From: Candidatus Hydrothermarchaeum profundi
GTDB taxonomy: Archaea > Hydrothermarchaeota > Hydrothermarchaeia > Hydrothermarchaeales > Hydrothermarchaeaceae
Assembly: GCA_002011125.2 (NCBI GenBank)
Contig: MTMF02000009.1
Coordinates: 579,095 to 643,094, forward strand
Direction: 5' to 3'
Length of the DNA: 64,000 nucleotides
In this document: positions 18,637-28,883 of the stretch, piece by piece
Numbering within the stretch: position 1 is the first letter of the stretch
How the letters are laid out: each line of letters starts with the position of its first letter
The notes under the pieces: generated by a model
What the model saw: the letters and a program-made list of their open reading frames with translations, nothing else
The model's database searches: none
What the model was told of the DNA's origin: nothing
Position numbers and translations under genes: made by a program

Positions 18637-19918
18637 TGTGATTTGCCCATTCTGTGGTACTCTTTGCGACGACATAGAGGTCGTGGTTAATGGCAGTAAG
18701 ATTGAGAGTGCAAGGCATGCATGTAAAATTGGGAATTCTAAGTTCCTTAGTATAAATGACATTCCCAGACCTATAAAGCCATTAATAAGAGAAAATGGCG
18801 CTTCGAGAGAAGCCAGCATAGATGAAGCTATCGCTAAGGCAGCTGAGATATTGAGTAACTCAAAGAGAGCTTTACTATTTGGCTGGTCAAGTACAAGTTG
18901 TGAGGCAACAGCAGTAGGTATCGAGATAGCTGAAGAAATAGGCGGGTTAATAGATGGAACTACAACAGTTTGCCATGGACCGACGGTAATGGCTGTTCAA
19001 TATGTTGGTTTACCGTCAGTTACCCTTGGCGAAATTAAAAACAGAGCTGACTTAGTGATTTACTGGGGAGCTAATCCCATGCATGCTCATCCTAGACATC
19101 TTTCTAGATATAGCATTTTTCCAAGGGGCTACTTTAGAGAGAGAGGCCAGCAAGACAGGGAGTTAATAGTAGTGGATGTAAGGAAAACCGATACAGCTAA
19201 AATAGCGAATCACTTCATCCAAGTAGAGTTTGGTAAAGATTATGAACTCTTAAGTGCTCTGCGGATGATAGTAAATGGGGGCGAACTCGAAGAAGAAGAG
19301 GTAGCTGGAGTGCCAAAAGAGAAGATCATCGAATTAGCAGATAAGATGATGAACTGCCAGTTTGGGATACTATTTTTCGGGATGGGTCTAACTATGAGCC
19401 CAGGAAAGCATAGGAACATTGACAATGCTATTTCCCTAGTCAAAAACCTGAATAGGCATACAAAATTTTCTATAATGCCAATGAGGGGGCATTGGAATGT
19501 TACTGGATTTGGGGAAGTGATGACTTGGCAAACTGGATATCCTTTCGCTGTTGACTTTTCAAGGGGCTATGCTAGATATAATCCCGGTGAAACTTCAGCT
19601 AATGATGTCCTTCAGAGAGAGGAAGTAGATGCAGTGTTAGTGGTTGCCTCTGATCCTGTGGCTCACTTTCCAAGAAAGTCTGTTGCCCACCTCGCTAGAG
19701 TCCCTATGATTACAATAGCTCCCCATCACTCTTTGACAACGGAACTTTCTGAGATATTCATACCTAGCTCTATGGTAGGGATTGAAGAAGAAGGAACCGC
19801 TTATCGTATGGACACTGTTCCATTGTTCACTAGAAAAGTGATAGATCCTCCACAAGGAGTCCTCTCTGATGTTGAGATTCTTAAAAGAATTTTAGAAAAA
19901 ATAAGGGAAATGAGATGA
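18620..19918 (+). CDS. fwdB: formylmethanofuran dehydrogenase subunit B (Cys ligand)
   Basis: CPFCGTLCDD, TVCHGP, NPMHAHPRH, MRGHWNV. Confidence 0.96.
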   Translation: MATITDVICPFCGTLCDDIEVVVNGSKIESARHACKIGNSKFLSINDIPRPIKPLIRENGASREASIDEAIAKAAEILSNSKRALLFGWSSTSCEATAVGIEIAEEIGGLIDGTTTVCHGPTVMAVQYVGLPSVTLGEIKNRADLVIYWGANPMHAHPRHLSRYSIFPRGYFRERGQQDRELIVVDVRKTDTAKIANHFIQVEFGKDYELLSALRMIVNGGELEEEEVAGVPKEKIIELADKMMNCQFGILFFGMGLTMSPGKHRNIDNAISLVKNLNRHTKFSIMPMRGHWNVTGFGEVMTWQTGYPFAVDFSRGYARYNPGETSANDVLQREEVDAVLVVASDPVAHFPRKSVAHLARVPMITIAPHHSLTTELSEIFIPSSMVGIEEEGTAYRMDTVPLFTRKVIDPPQGVLSDVEILKRILEKIREMR

Positions 19919-19919
19919 A

Positions 19920-21623
19920 ATGAGCGAACTAGTCCTTAAAAACGGCATAGTATATGATCCAATCAACAATGTGAACGGAGAAAAGATGGATATATTAGTT
20001 AAAGATGGAAAAATAGTGGAAAAATTAAACGGAAACGCTAAAACTATCGACTGTTCGGGTAAAATAGTTATGCCGGGGGGAATAGAGATTCACAGTCATA
20101 TGGCTGGGGGGAAAGTCAATGGCGGGAGATTATTCCAACCCGAGGATCATGTCAGGTTTGCTATGCCTAAAACAAAAGTTACACGATCTGGCACCGGATT
20201 TTCGACTCCAACTACCTTCTTGACTGGGTACTTATATTCAAAAATGGGTTATACAACCGGCATGACAGCTGCTATGCCTCCTTTAATGGCAAGACATACC
20301 CATGAGGAGCTTAAGGATATACCTATGATTGATAAGGGCGCATATTGTCTAACCGATGGTAACTGGTTCATAATGAAGTACCTTAAAAATGGTGAGATAG
20401 AAAAATGTGCTGCTTATGTTTCATGGCTTTTAAAGGCAACCAAAGGCTATGTAGTTAAGATAACCAATCCTTGTGGTACAGAGGCATGGGGTTGGGGTAA
20501 GAATTGTAGATCCTTAGATGACCCCGCACCATACTTTGATATAACTCCTCGAGAGTTAGTTAAAGGACTTGTAGAGGTAAACGAGATTCTAAAGCTACCT
20601 CATTCAGTTCATCTTCATGCTAATAACTGTGGAAGGCTAGGTAATTTTGTTACAACCTTAGAGACTTTTAAGGTTCCGAATGGAACAAAGCCTGCTGCTA
20701 AGAGACAAATTATGCATGCGACGCATATTCAGTTTCATAGTTACGGGGGGGATACTTGGCATAACTTCGAGTCTAAAGCAGATGAAATTGCAAAGGCTGT
20801 AAATAGCAATAAAAATATTGTGATAGATACCGGTACTGTAACATTAGATCACACTACCACCATGACGGCAGATGGGCCACTGGAATATTACCTTCAGAGT
20901 CTAACTCATCTTAAATGGATGAATAGGAACGTGGAAATGGAAACTTCTCCGGGTATAACTCCTTTCATATATTCTCGGAAGATGCCTACTGCCTCTATCC
21001 AATGGGCTATAGGACTTGAGTTATCTTTACTTATTAAAGATCCATGGCAGGTTCTAATGACAACCGATCATCCAAATGCAGGACCTTTTATACGTTATCC
21101 TAGGATAATAGCGTGGTTGATGAGTAGGAAATATAGGGAAGAGACTGCATCTAAAGTTCATAAAGTAATTTATGATAGAAGCACTATAGATGGTATAGAT
21201 AGAGAATACTCGTTTTATGATATAGCGATCGTCACAAGAGCTGGGGAGGCCAAGGCATTAGGATTGAGCGACAGAAAAGGCCATCTTGGGGTAGGGGCTG
21301 ATGCTGACATAGCGGTTTATGATATTAATCCTTCAGAGATTGATCCAAGCAGGGATTACAAAGAGATTGAGAAGAAATTCTCATCTGCGGCATATACTAT
21401 AAAAGATGGAGAAATACTTGTGAAAAATGGAGAGATTGTGCAAACGCGATATGGTAGAACACTATGGGTAAATTCAAAAGTTGACGGAGAATTAGAGAAA
21501 GAAGTTATGAAGGATATAGAATACAATTTCAAGCGCTATTATTCTGTTAATCTTGCAAATTATCCGGTTAGAGAAGAAGTTCTTACAAGATCTACTGAAG
21601 TAACTAGATCTGCGAGTGTGTGA
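19920..21623 (+). CDS. fwdA: formylmethanofuran dehydrogenase subunit A
   Basis: PGGIEIHSH, HSVHLH, TTDHPNAGPF, GHLGVGADAD. Confidence 0.96.
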   Translation: MSELVLKNGIVYDPINNVNGEKMDILVKDGKIVEKLNGNAKTIDCSGKIVMPGGIEIHSHMAGGKVNGGRLFQPEDHVRFAMPKTKVTRSGTGFSTPTTFLTGYLYSKMGYTTGMTAAMPPLMARHTHEELKDIPMIDKGAYCLTDGNWFIMKYLKNGEIEKCAAYVSWLLKATKGYVVKITNPCGTEAWGWGKNCRSLDDPAPYFDITPRELVKGLVEVNEILKLPHSVHLHANNCGRLGNFVTTLETFKVPNGTKPAAKRQIMHATHIQFHSYGGDTWHNFESKADEIAKAVNSNKNIVIDTGTVTLDHTTTMTADGPLEYYLQSLTHLKWMNRNVEMETSPGITPFIYSRKMPTASIQWAIGLELSLLIKDPWQVLMTTDHPNAGPFIRYPRIIAWLMSRKYREETASKVHKVIYDRSTIDGIDREYSFYDIAIVTRAGEAKALGLSDRKGHLGVGADADIAVYDINPSEIDPSRDYKEIEKKFSSAAYTIKDGEILVKNGEIVQTRYGRTLWVNSKVDGELEKEVMKDIEYNFKRYYSVNLANYPVREEVLTRSTEVTRSASV

Positions 21624-22417
21624 TGATGACTGACGTGATTCTAGTACCGAAAGTCCAGCATAAAATAAGCCTCGAGGCCGAGGTTATAAAGCCTGATGAA
21701 TTCGCTGGTAAGACTATTGAAGAAATAAAAGAACTCCCGGTTTATTTTGGAAATACAGTTCAAAAACTGGGGGATTTCTTTGAAGTATCCGGGTCTGCAG
21801 AGGAAAATGCTGAGAATTTAAGAATAGTCGTTGAGGGGGATGTTTCTAGGGTAAAAAGAATAGGCGAGGGTATGACGACAGGTGAAATCCTAGTTAAAGG
21901 CGATGTGGACATGTATTTGGGAGCTAGGATGAAGGGGGGCAGAATAGTTGTAGAGGGCTCTGTGGACTCTTTTGCAGGACAGCAGATGAGGGGCGGAGAA
22001 ATAGAAATAAAAGGAAATGCAAAAGATTATTTAGGGGGGTCCTACAGGGGTGATTGGAGAGGAATGAGAGGGGGCCGAATTATTGTTGAGGGAAATGCTG
22101 GGAAGGAAGTAGCAGAATTCATGAGAGGTGGAGAGATAATAATAAAAGGAAACTGTGATTCATTCGCAGGAGTCCATATGAAGAAAGGCCTAGTGATAAT
22201 AGAGGGCTCGGTGGCTGAAAGAGTTGGAGCAGAAATGGTAGGTGGCAGTATAATTGTGCTTGGAGAGATGGCTAATCTTCTTCCTAGTTTTAAAATCGGG
22301 GAGGTAGTAGAAGGACTAAAGATAGACGGACGAGAATTTCCAGGTAAGTTTAGAAAGTATATTGGAGATTTTGCGGAAGGCCCCAGCGTAAAAGGGGTAA
22401 TTTATAAAAGATTATAA
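21620..22417 (+). CDS. fwdC: formylmethanofuran dehydrogenase subunit C
   Basis: GxxMxGGxIxVxG beta-helix repeats, YRGDWRGM. Confidence 0.96.
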   Translation: MMMTDVILVPKVQHKISLEAEVIKPDEFAGKTIEEIKELPVYFGNTVQKLGDFFEVSGSAEENAENLRIVVEGDVSRVKRIGEGMTTGEILVKGDVDMYLGARMKGGRIVVEGSVDSFAGQQMRGGEIEIKGNAKDYLGGSYRGDWRGMRGGRIIVEGNAGKEVAEFMRGGEIIIKGNCDSFAGVHMKKGLVIIEGSVAERVGAEMVGGSIIVLGEMANLLPSFKIGEVVEGLKIDGREFPGKFRKYIGDFAEGPSVKGVIYKRL

Positions 22418-23020
22418 ATCCTTAACCGATTCCCAAAGGCTTAACTTTTCTTTCAACTTTTCTACTTTTTGTTTTAGCTCTTCGTTTTCCTCCTTTAGCT
22501 TTGAGATTGCCTCTTTAGTTTTCTCCTTTAGTTCTGCTTTTAATGCTTCCAGTTTCTCCTTCTCTGTAGAAAGTTCTTTTTCTTGAAGCCGTGATAAATT
22601 ATTTAATCTATTTTGCAAGTCTCTTTTCTCGGTTTCAAGGACCCCTATCTTAATCCGATGCATTTCTAGGGATTCTTCCATAGCCTTTATTTTTTTAAGT
22701 TTCTCTTCTAGTTCTTTAGCATCTTTTTCAATTTGGGTCTTCTCTTCTTCAAGTTTTTTAAATTTCTCTGAATATTCTGCTTCAATTTCTTGAAACCTTT
22801 GTTTTAATGAGTTATTTTCTTCTTCTAATGCTTTTACTTTTGAATAAATTTCTGCTTTTTCTCTATCAGATTCGTCTAAGTTTTTTTGAAGCAAGTCGCA
22901 CTTCTTTTTTTCTCCTCTCCATTTTGAGATAGTGATGATAGTCATTATGAGTAATATGCCGATTATTCCTAAATGCACTACGCCGAAGGTTACTCCATAT
23001 ACATTAAATTCTGTGGCCAT
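22412..23020 (-). CDS. single-TM long coiled-coil protein
   Basis: N-terminal hydrophobic helix followed by about 165 aa of E/K/L heptads. Confidence 0.75.
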   Translation of the reverse strand: MATEFNVYGVTFGVVHLGIIGILLIMTIITISKWRGEKKKCDLLQKNLDESDREKAEIYSKVKALEEENNSLKQRFQEIEAEYSEKFKKLEEEKTQIEKDAKELEEKLKKIKAMEESLEMHRIKIGVLETEKRDLQNRLNNLSRLQEKELSTEKEKLEALKAELKEKTKEAISKLKEENEELKQKVEKLKEKLSLWESVKDL

Positions 23021-23030
23021 CTTACTCTCC

Positions 23031-23939
23031 CTATAGTTTCTCTACTTCTAGTATTCTTATTTTTTCTCGTAGTCTCTCTATTTCATCTTTGAGACTGGAA
23101 TTTTCCTTTTCAAGTTTTCTTATTAAATCTTCTTTTTCATCTATAATTTTCTGTATGGTCTCTTTAGTCTTGGTTTTGACTTCTAATATGCGATCCTCGT
23201 ATTTCTGTGTCGTCTCTCTCAATTCAGTTTCAAATTCTTCAACAAGTTTCTTTTTCTCCATTTCATGGGAGTTTTTTAGCTCGTTTATTTTTAGCTCATA
23301 TTCTTTGAGCATTGATTCGTATCTCTTTTTTTGAGCCTCCAGTTCGTCTTCAAATTTATTTATTAATTCCTCTTTTTTCTTCTCAGCGTCTGCTAGTAGC
23401 CTTTCCTTTTCAGCTTTATGACCTGTTTTCAGCGATTCTATTTCTGCCTGAAGCTTCTCAAGTTCAGATTCATGTTTTTTCTTCTCTTCATTTAATTTTG
23501 CTTCTGCCTCTCGTCTTACTTTTTCAGTCTCGGTGTCTAACTTTTTCTCTAGCTCTTTTTTCTCAGAATCAAGCTCTCCGAGCCTTTTACTTAACATATC
23601 TACTTCATCGCGCAGAGCAGTGACCTTTAATAACTCGCTTTCTAGGTCTTTATCACGCTTCTTAGCTTGGGCTTCTTGGGCTCTCAGCTTCTCTCGCTCA
23701 AGTTTTAGTGAAGCAGTAAGTTGCTCAACTCTCTCCTTATATCTGTCCCTTTCCTCTTTTAGTCTCCTTATATTCTCATTTTGCATCGATGTTTCTTCTT
23801 TTAAAGTCTCCCTATGACTAAACTCGATTTCGCTTGAATTACTACGTCTTCTGCCTCTCACCTTGGATATTATCACAATAACTACTAGAAGTAGTAGTAT
23901 TGCGATTCCACCAGCTGCATAGACAGTATATTCTAGCAT
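23031..23939 (-). CDS. single-TM long coiled-coil protein
   Basis: N-terminal TM helix, basic RGRRR stop-transfer, about 260 aa of heptads. Confidence 0.75.
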   Translation of the reverse strand: MLEYTVYAAGGIAILLLLVVIVIISKVRGRRRSNSSEIEFSHRETLKEETSMQNENIRRLKEERDRYKERVEQLTASLKLEREKLRAQEAQAKKRDKDLESELLKVTALRDEVDMLSKRLGELDSEKKELEKKLDTETEKVRREAEAKLNEEKKKHESELEKLQAEIESLKTGHKAEKERLLADAEKKKEELINKFEDELEAQKKRYESMLKEYELKINELKNSHEMEKKKLVEEFETELRETTQKYEDRILEVKTKTKETIQKIIDEKEDLIRKLEKENSSLKDEIERLREKIRILEVEKL

Positions 23940-24509
23940 TTATTTTCCCTTCTCAATCAACTTCAATATATCCGCCTTTGTAATAATACCAACTATTTTA
24001 CCTTTCACTGTTACTAATACTGCAGGATTAAACTTCATCAATCGTGAAATGACTTTTAGGTCGGTGTTTTCACCAACTGTGGGAAACACATCATTCATTA
24101 ATTCCTCTATCTTCTTTTTTGAAACTAAGGATAAATCTTTTTCCATGTTCATCTCTTTTATCAGCTTTGATTCAGAGATAGCACCTACTTGGACACCATT
24201 CTTTAATACAGGCAGCTGTGAGATGCCATACTTTTCCATTAATCTATAGGCATGTCCTACAGTATCACTTGGGCGTATAAAAATCACTGGAGATTTCATT
24301 ATGTGTTTAGCTTTTATTTCTTTCTCCTTCTCCTCTTTAAGAGCGGTTACTATTTTTCTCAAGGTTGATAGTCTAGGATCTATATCGCCTGATTCAATTC
24401 TTGCAATTAACGATTGGCTAACTCCCGCCCTTTTTGCTAACTCAGTCTGTGTTAGTCGCAACTCCAGTCTGTATCTACGTAAGTCTTCATGCGTAGGGAG
24501 GTCAAGCAT
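23940..24509 (-). CDS. XRE-type HTH + tandem CBS transcriptional regulator
   Basis: LTQTELAKRAGVSQSLIARIESG.IDPRLSTL; two CBS domains. Confidence 0.92.
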   Translation of the reverse strand: MLDLPTHEDLRRYRLELRLTQTELAKRAGVSQSLIARIESGDIDPRLSTLRKIVTALKEEKEKEIKAKHIMKSPVIFIRPSDTVGHAYRLMEKYGISQLPVLKNGVQVGAISESKLIKEMNMEKDLSLVSKKKIEELMNDVFPTVGENTDLKVISRLMKFNPAVLVTVKGKIVGIITKADILKLIEKGK

Positions 24510-24534
24510 AAATAGGCAATTACTTTTAGTAATA

Positions 24535-25296
24535 TTATAAACTTTTCGCCATCTGTCGGTGTTTCTTGCAGAATTCTGGTTCAGTAAACTGTGAATTAAT
24601 TACTTCTTCTTGCCAATGAGAATTATAAAGCCTGCATATTTTATTATCACAAAAAGCTTCATTAAACACCTGATAAAATACCGCCTGCATTGCGTAGCCC
24701 TTCAACACTTCCTCCATTCTTGGATCTCCATGATCAATAAATCTCCCTCTAAACTGTTCTTTAATTTCCTCATATGCCAAAGGATCATGTCCAAGCAATA
24801 TTTTTTGTATATAAAATTCTCTGGGTTTTGCAGGAGCCTCGACTATACCGGTAGTGGAAATTAAGGAGGGGTATCCTAGAAGTATAACTCTACTGTGATA
24901 TCTCCTATCTACTTCGTCAAAAGTTCCAAAAAGGCGATCTGTGAATATTATATGAACCTGCTCTAATGATCTTTTATCCAGGGGTATTAGTTCCCGGTAA
25001 ATGTACTGAAGCATAAAGCCATCATATAGAATTCCATGGGGAGATATTTTTCTTTCTAAAACCTTTTTTTCAAACTGAATCTCTCCATAGGTGACATCAT
25101 TATACTCAAATTCTTTATTAGGGTTTAGTACTCTTATTCTTGCAATCTCGTGAGAAAGTCTGTCGATATTTGAGGGGGGATATTTCTCCAGGAAGTCGCC
25201 TGCAAATTCTACACAATGTTGCTTGATTTTTTTAGAGAGATATTCTACTACTTCGGAGACTTTAATTGTGGGTTTCGCATATAAGATAACTCTCAT
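24535..25296 (-). CDS. conserved archaeal putative metallopeptidase (DUF6775-like)
   Basis: [19 protein letters not shown]....[12 protein letters not shown]-terminal FCKKH. Confidence 0.7.
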   Translation of the reverse strand: MRVILYAKPTIKVSEVVEYLSKKIKQHCVEFAGDFLEKYPPSNIDRLSHEIARIRVLNPNKEFEYNDVTYGEIQFEKKVLERKISPHGILYDGFMLQYIYRELIPLDKRSLEQVHIIFTDRLFGTFDEVDRRYHSRVILLGYPSLISTTGIVEAPAKPREFYIQKILLGHDPLAYEEIKEQFRGRFIDHGDPRMEEVLKGYAMQAVFYQVFNEAFCDNKICRLYNSHWQEEVINSQFTEPEFCKKHRQMAKSL

Positions 25297-26081
25297 TTCC
25301 CAAGGAGATCCAATGCTATTTCAGCGGCTCTTTTCCCGGAAAGGAGCATAGCTCCGAAAGTTGGACCCATTCTCGGTAACCCATAAACAGTTGATACAGC
25401 CATTCCCATCACTATTAATCCCGGATGTGCCTCCCCAGTATGTTCTACAACGGCGTCCTCGCTCTTTTCGACCCACATGGCTCCATATCCTTTAATTTTC
25501 ATCAAACCTCTCCTTACAAGAGCTTGGACTACCTCTGCGTCATGGCCGGTGCCATCTATTACTAATTTAGACTCTAAAGCGACAGGATCTACACAGGTTA
25601 TCTCCCTTGGTAGTGCAGATATGGGAGTCCAATTAACCACCACTCCTGCTACCCGGTTATTCTCTCTCAGAACTACGTCATCAACACGTGTCATGCTTAA
25701 AATCTTCGTTCCTGCGTCACAAGCTGCTGCGATCAATTTTGAGCAAGCATGTGGGCCAGATGTCACATATAATCCAGAAGAATATTTCTGTAAAGGCACT
25801 CCTATTTCTTCTAGAATCTTATGTGCAGGAACTCTCACCGTGACCTTGTTCATCAAATATCCGCCGATCCAAAATCCTCCGCCGAGGTAATTGTTCCGTT
25901 CTATCAATAGTGTTTTGACGCCTCTACTAGCTAGTTCTTTTGCTGCCATTAAACCGCTTGGCCCACCTCCGACTATTATTACATCGCTTTCTGCGCTCTC
26001 TTGAAATTCTTTCGAGAAACTTTCCATTATGGCCCGAGTAACGTCTTTTTCGTCTACTTTATCGAACATTGGAATCACCAT
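25293..26081 (-). CDS. thi4: thiazole synthase Thi4 (Cys-type active site)
   Basis: [39 protein letters not shown]. Confidence 0.95.
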   Translation of the reverse strand: MVIPMFDKVDEKDVTRAIMESFSKEFQESAESDVIIVGGGPSGLMAAKELASRGVKTLLIERNNYLGGGFWIGGYLMNKVTVRVPAHKILEEIGVPLQKYSSGLYVTSGPHACSKLIAAACDAGTKILSMTRVDDVVLRENNRVAGVVVNWTPISALPREITCVDPVALESKLVIDGTGHDAEVVQALVRRGLMKIKGYGAMWVEKSEDAVVEHTGEAHPGLIVMGMAVSTVYGLPRMGPTFGAMLLSGKRAAEIALDLLGK

Positions 26082-26099
26082 ACTTTCTATTAGTTTAAC

Positions 26100-26117
26100 T
26101 TAGATAACATTATCTAA
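26100..26117. promoter_or_regulatory. palindromic operator upstream of thi4 (candidate ThiR site)
   Basis: Perfect inverted repeat TTAGATAA-CA-TTATCTAA in the 48-bp gap between cgi121 and thi4. Confidence 0.7.
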
Positions 26118-26129
26118 ATTTCCTATTGG

Positions 26130-26627
26130 TTAGAGAGTAGGGATAAGAGCTATCCTCTCTTTAATTATCTCTACCAAGGCTTTTTTCTTCTCTTCAAATC
26201 CTTCTCCCGCAACAGCGCTAATCTCTTCATCACCTATATCGTAGATTTTCTTCAGCCTTTCAAATTTTTGTCCGTCTAATGAAAGGATTTCACTTCTACG
26301 ACATTTATATTCTTGCATCATTTTTCTAGGTATTTTTTCGCATACTGCAATAACTTTTCTGGATTTCTTTAGTCCCAATAGTTCAAGAGCTTTCTTTATT
26401 TGTCTCTGAGCAGAGGCTCTTACTAATACCTCAACTAAAAAATTATTGCTGAGATTTTCTTTTCTCTCAAAGGCCTTATATGCTTGATCTATTGCAAATT
26501 TTATTTGCTCTACTGAGGCTATATTCGAGGGGTCAATAAATTGAATATCTGGATACTTTTTTAAAGCTTCAGGCCCAATCTCTCTGTTACAGCACAATTG
26601 AAATATATGGATTTTTTTATTTCGCAT
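26130..26627 (-). CDS. cgi121: KEOPS complex subunit Cgi121
   Basis: FAIDQAYKAF...NLSNNFLVEVLVRASAQRQIKKALELLG; C-terminal IKERIAL. Confidence 0.85.
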   Translation of the reverse strand: MRNKKIHIFQLCCNREIGPEALKKYPDIQFIDPSNIASVEQIKFAIDQAYKAFERKENLSNNFLVEVLVRASAQRQIKKALELLGLKKSRKVIAVCEKIPRKMMQEYKCRRSEILSLDGQKFERLKKIYDIGDEEISAVAGEGFEEKKKALVEIIKERIALIPTL

Positions 26628-27396
26628 TCACTTTCGCACCCTCAAGTGCTCTAGCACATCGACATTCTCGTTCTTTTGGAAGAATCTCTATTGCCTTTAT
26701 TATTATATTTTTAAGTTTTTCTTCGTTTTCTTTTACTACCTCAATCACTTCAGTGGCAGTTAATTTATCTTCACTTATACCTGCTGCATAGTTTGTTACT
26801 GTACATAATGCTGCATAACAAATTTCCTGTTCTCTCGCTAAAACTACTTCGGGATAGCCTGTCATACCAACAAGGTCACAACCTAGCTTTGATAGCATTC
26901 TTATCTCAGCTGGCGTTTCAAATCTAGGTCCTTCTGTACAAGCGTATACTGCATTGGTGTAAACGCGGGGATATACATTAGCTGCATCAGCTAAAGCCTT
27001 CATTATTTCCGGGCAATAAGGCCGGGATAGATCTATATGAACGACTTCCTCGTCGTAGAAAGTTTGTTCTCTGCTCTTAGTAAAATCTATAAGATCGTGG
27101 GGAATTACTACATCGCCAGGTTTTAATGTTTTATTAATCCCCCCCACAGAATTAGTAGCTATTATTCTTTCTACCCCTAGCATCTTTAACCCATAAATAT
27201 TTGCCTTATAATTCACTTTATGCGGAGGAAGTTCATGGTGTTTTCCATGCCTAGGGAGAAAAAAAATCTTATCTCCTTTAAATTTCCCCACACTTATCTC
27301 TGGAGTAGGCCCATAAGGTGTTTCTAACTTTATATTTTCTACTTTTTTAAAGATTCTTGGGTCGTAGATCCCCGTTCCTCCAATGATAGCGATCAT
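26617..27396 (-). CDS. mtnP: S-methyl-5'-thioadenosine/thioinosine phosphorylase
   Basis: IIGGTG, PRHG...PPHKVNY, EGPRFETPAE, VGMT, VTNYAAG. Confidence 0.92.
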   Translation of the reverse strand: MIAIIGGTGIYDPRIFKKVENIKLETPYGPTPEISVGKFKGDKIFFLPRHGKHHELPPHKVNYKANIYGLKMLGVERIIATNSVGGINKTLKPGDVVIPHDLIDFTKSREQTFYDEEVVHIDLSRPYCPEIMKALADAANVYPRVYTNAVYACTEGPRFETPAEIRMLSKLGCDLVGMTGYPEVVLAREQEICYAALCTVTNYAAGISEDKLTATEVIEVVKENEEKLKNIIIKAIEILPKERECRCARALEGAKVNAK

Positions 27397-27439
27397 TAAC
27401 CTAAAGTGTTTTATAACTCTTATTATAGATTTCTGTCTG

Positions 27440-28801
27440 GTGGTAGGTATAGTACTCTCAGAAAACTTTATACAAAAGCTAAAAAAACTTATTTCAGTAA
27501 AAAACTGGAAAATTTTTAATAAAGAGGTTAAAAAACTTCATCCGTATGATTTATCAGAATTTATAGAGGATTTAGAAGAAAAAAAACGAAAAGAAGTATT
27601 ATCTAATCTTAATAATGATATTTTATCTCAAATTTTGCCAGAATTGCCAGATGAGATTAGATTAGATTTCATAAAATCTCTTACTCCAAAAAAGGCAGCG
27701 GATCTCCTCTTAAAGCTTCCGCCTGACGAAACTGCAGATATTCTCAGAGACTTACATAGAGACTTTAGACGTGGGATTCTAAGATATTTCGCATTGAAAG
27801 ATGCGGAGGAAGTCAGAAAGCTTCTGAAGCATCCCTCAGATACTGCTGGAGGATTGATGACTCCTGAGGTCATATCCCTTCCGATGGATATGACAGTAAA
27901 AGACTCTATTGAATATATAAGGAAGAAAGCTACTGAGGTTGAAACTATTTACTATTTGTATGTAGTTGATGAAAACAATAAATTAGTTGGGGTTTTGTCC
28001 CTTAGAGATCTAGTACTAGCAGCGCCTGAAAAAAAACTCTCAGAAATAATGAACCCTGATGTAATTAAAGTGCCTGCAGATATGGATCAAGAAGAAGTTG
28101 CTAGAATAACAGCAGATTATGATTTACCAGTAGTGCCTGTTGTAGATAAGGATGATAGGTTAATCGGTATAGTTACGGTAGATGATGTCATTGATGTGAT
28201 AGAGGAGGAAGTTTCAGAAGATTTTGGATATCTTGCAGGCGCTGGAGAGAAGATAGATAAACTTATAGATGCACCAGTATTATCGGTTGTGAAATATCGT
28301 TTGCCTTGGTTATGTTTTGCATTAATTGGGGATGGATTAGTAGCAGCTTATGTTTTAAAATTATTCGAAAGAACTTTAGCGTCGGCAGTGGCTCTTGCCC
28401 TCTTTATACCGGTAATAATGACAATGGGAGGCGGGGTTGGAGTTCAGTCTTCTACCATTTTCGTTAGGGGCTTGGCGACGAAAGAGATAGAGGATTCGTG
28501 GAGATACTTTCTTAAGGAAATAAAGGTGGGGTTTACGATGGGGATAGTCGTGGGACTAGGTGTAACTTTAGTTGCTCAAATAGTAGTAGGAGAACCTATC
28601 TTAGGCCTTATTGTGGGAACTAGCATGTTTATTACAATGACATTGGCAAGTGCAACAGGCATACTAATCCCGAAGCTGTTTCACCGTGTAGGGATAGATC
28701 CAGCCGTTTCGTCCAATCCATTTATTACAACAACTCAAGACATTACAGGACTTTTTATCTATTTTAGTCTCGCCACTTTAATGATACATTATTTTGTATA
28801 A
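27440..28801 (+). CDS. mgtE: magnesium transporter MgtE
   Basis: MgtE_N repeats, TAGGLMT CBS pair, RLPWL, IDPAVSSNPFITTTQD; start uncertain (track start 27383 overlaps mtnP). Confidence 0.94.
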   Translation: MVGIVLSENFIQKLKKLISVKNWKIFNKEVKKLHPYDLSEFIEDLEEKKRKEVLSNLNNDILSQILPELPDEIRLDFIKSLTPKKAADLLLKLPPDETADILRDLHRDFRRGILRYFALKDAEEVRKLLKHPSDTAGGLMTPEVISLPMDMTVKDSIEYIRKKATEVETIYYLYVVDENNKLVGVLSLRDLVLAAPEKKLSEIMNPDVIKVPADMDQEEVARITADYDLPVVPVVDKDDRLIGIVTVDDVIDVIEEEVSEDFGYLAGAGEKIDKLIDAPVLSVVKYRLPWLCFALIGDGLVAAYVLKLFERTLASAVALALFIPVIMTMGGGVGVQSSTIFVRGLATKEIEDSWRYFLKEIKVGFTMGIVVGLGVTLVAQIVVGEPILGLIVGTSMFITMTLASATGILIPKLFHRVGIDPAVSSNPFITTTQDITGLFIYFSLATLMIHYFV

Positions 28802-28883
28802 TTTTTTAAGTAAGTATATTTTCGTTTGATAATTAATCTGGACTTCTCTGAGTGTAAATCTAGACATGTTTAGCTAAGGATAG

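Noticed and set aside
18620-19918. Selenocysteine recoding in FwdB (also checked HdrA and MvhD)
   Set aside because: All three ORFs are uninterrupted, with Cys at the relevant positions ([25 protein letters not shown]); no in-frame TGA.
22412-23939. Tandem DNA repeat or CRISPR-like array in low-complexity sequence
   Set aside because: The T/C-rich pattern comes from Glu/Lys codons of coiled coils; no fixed repeat unit.
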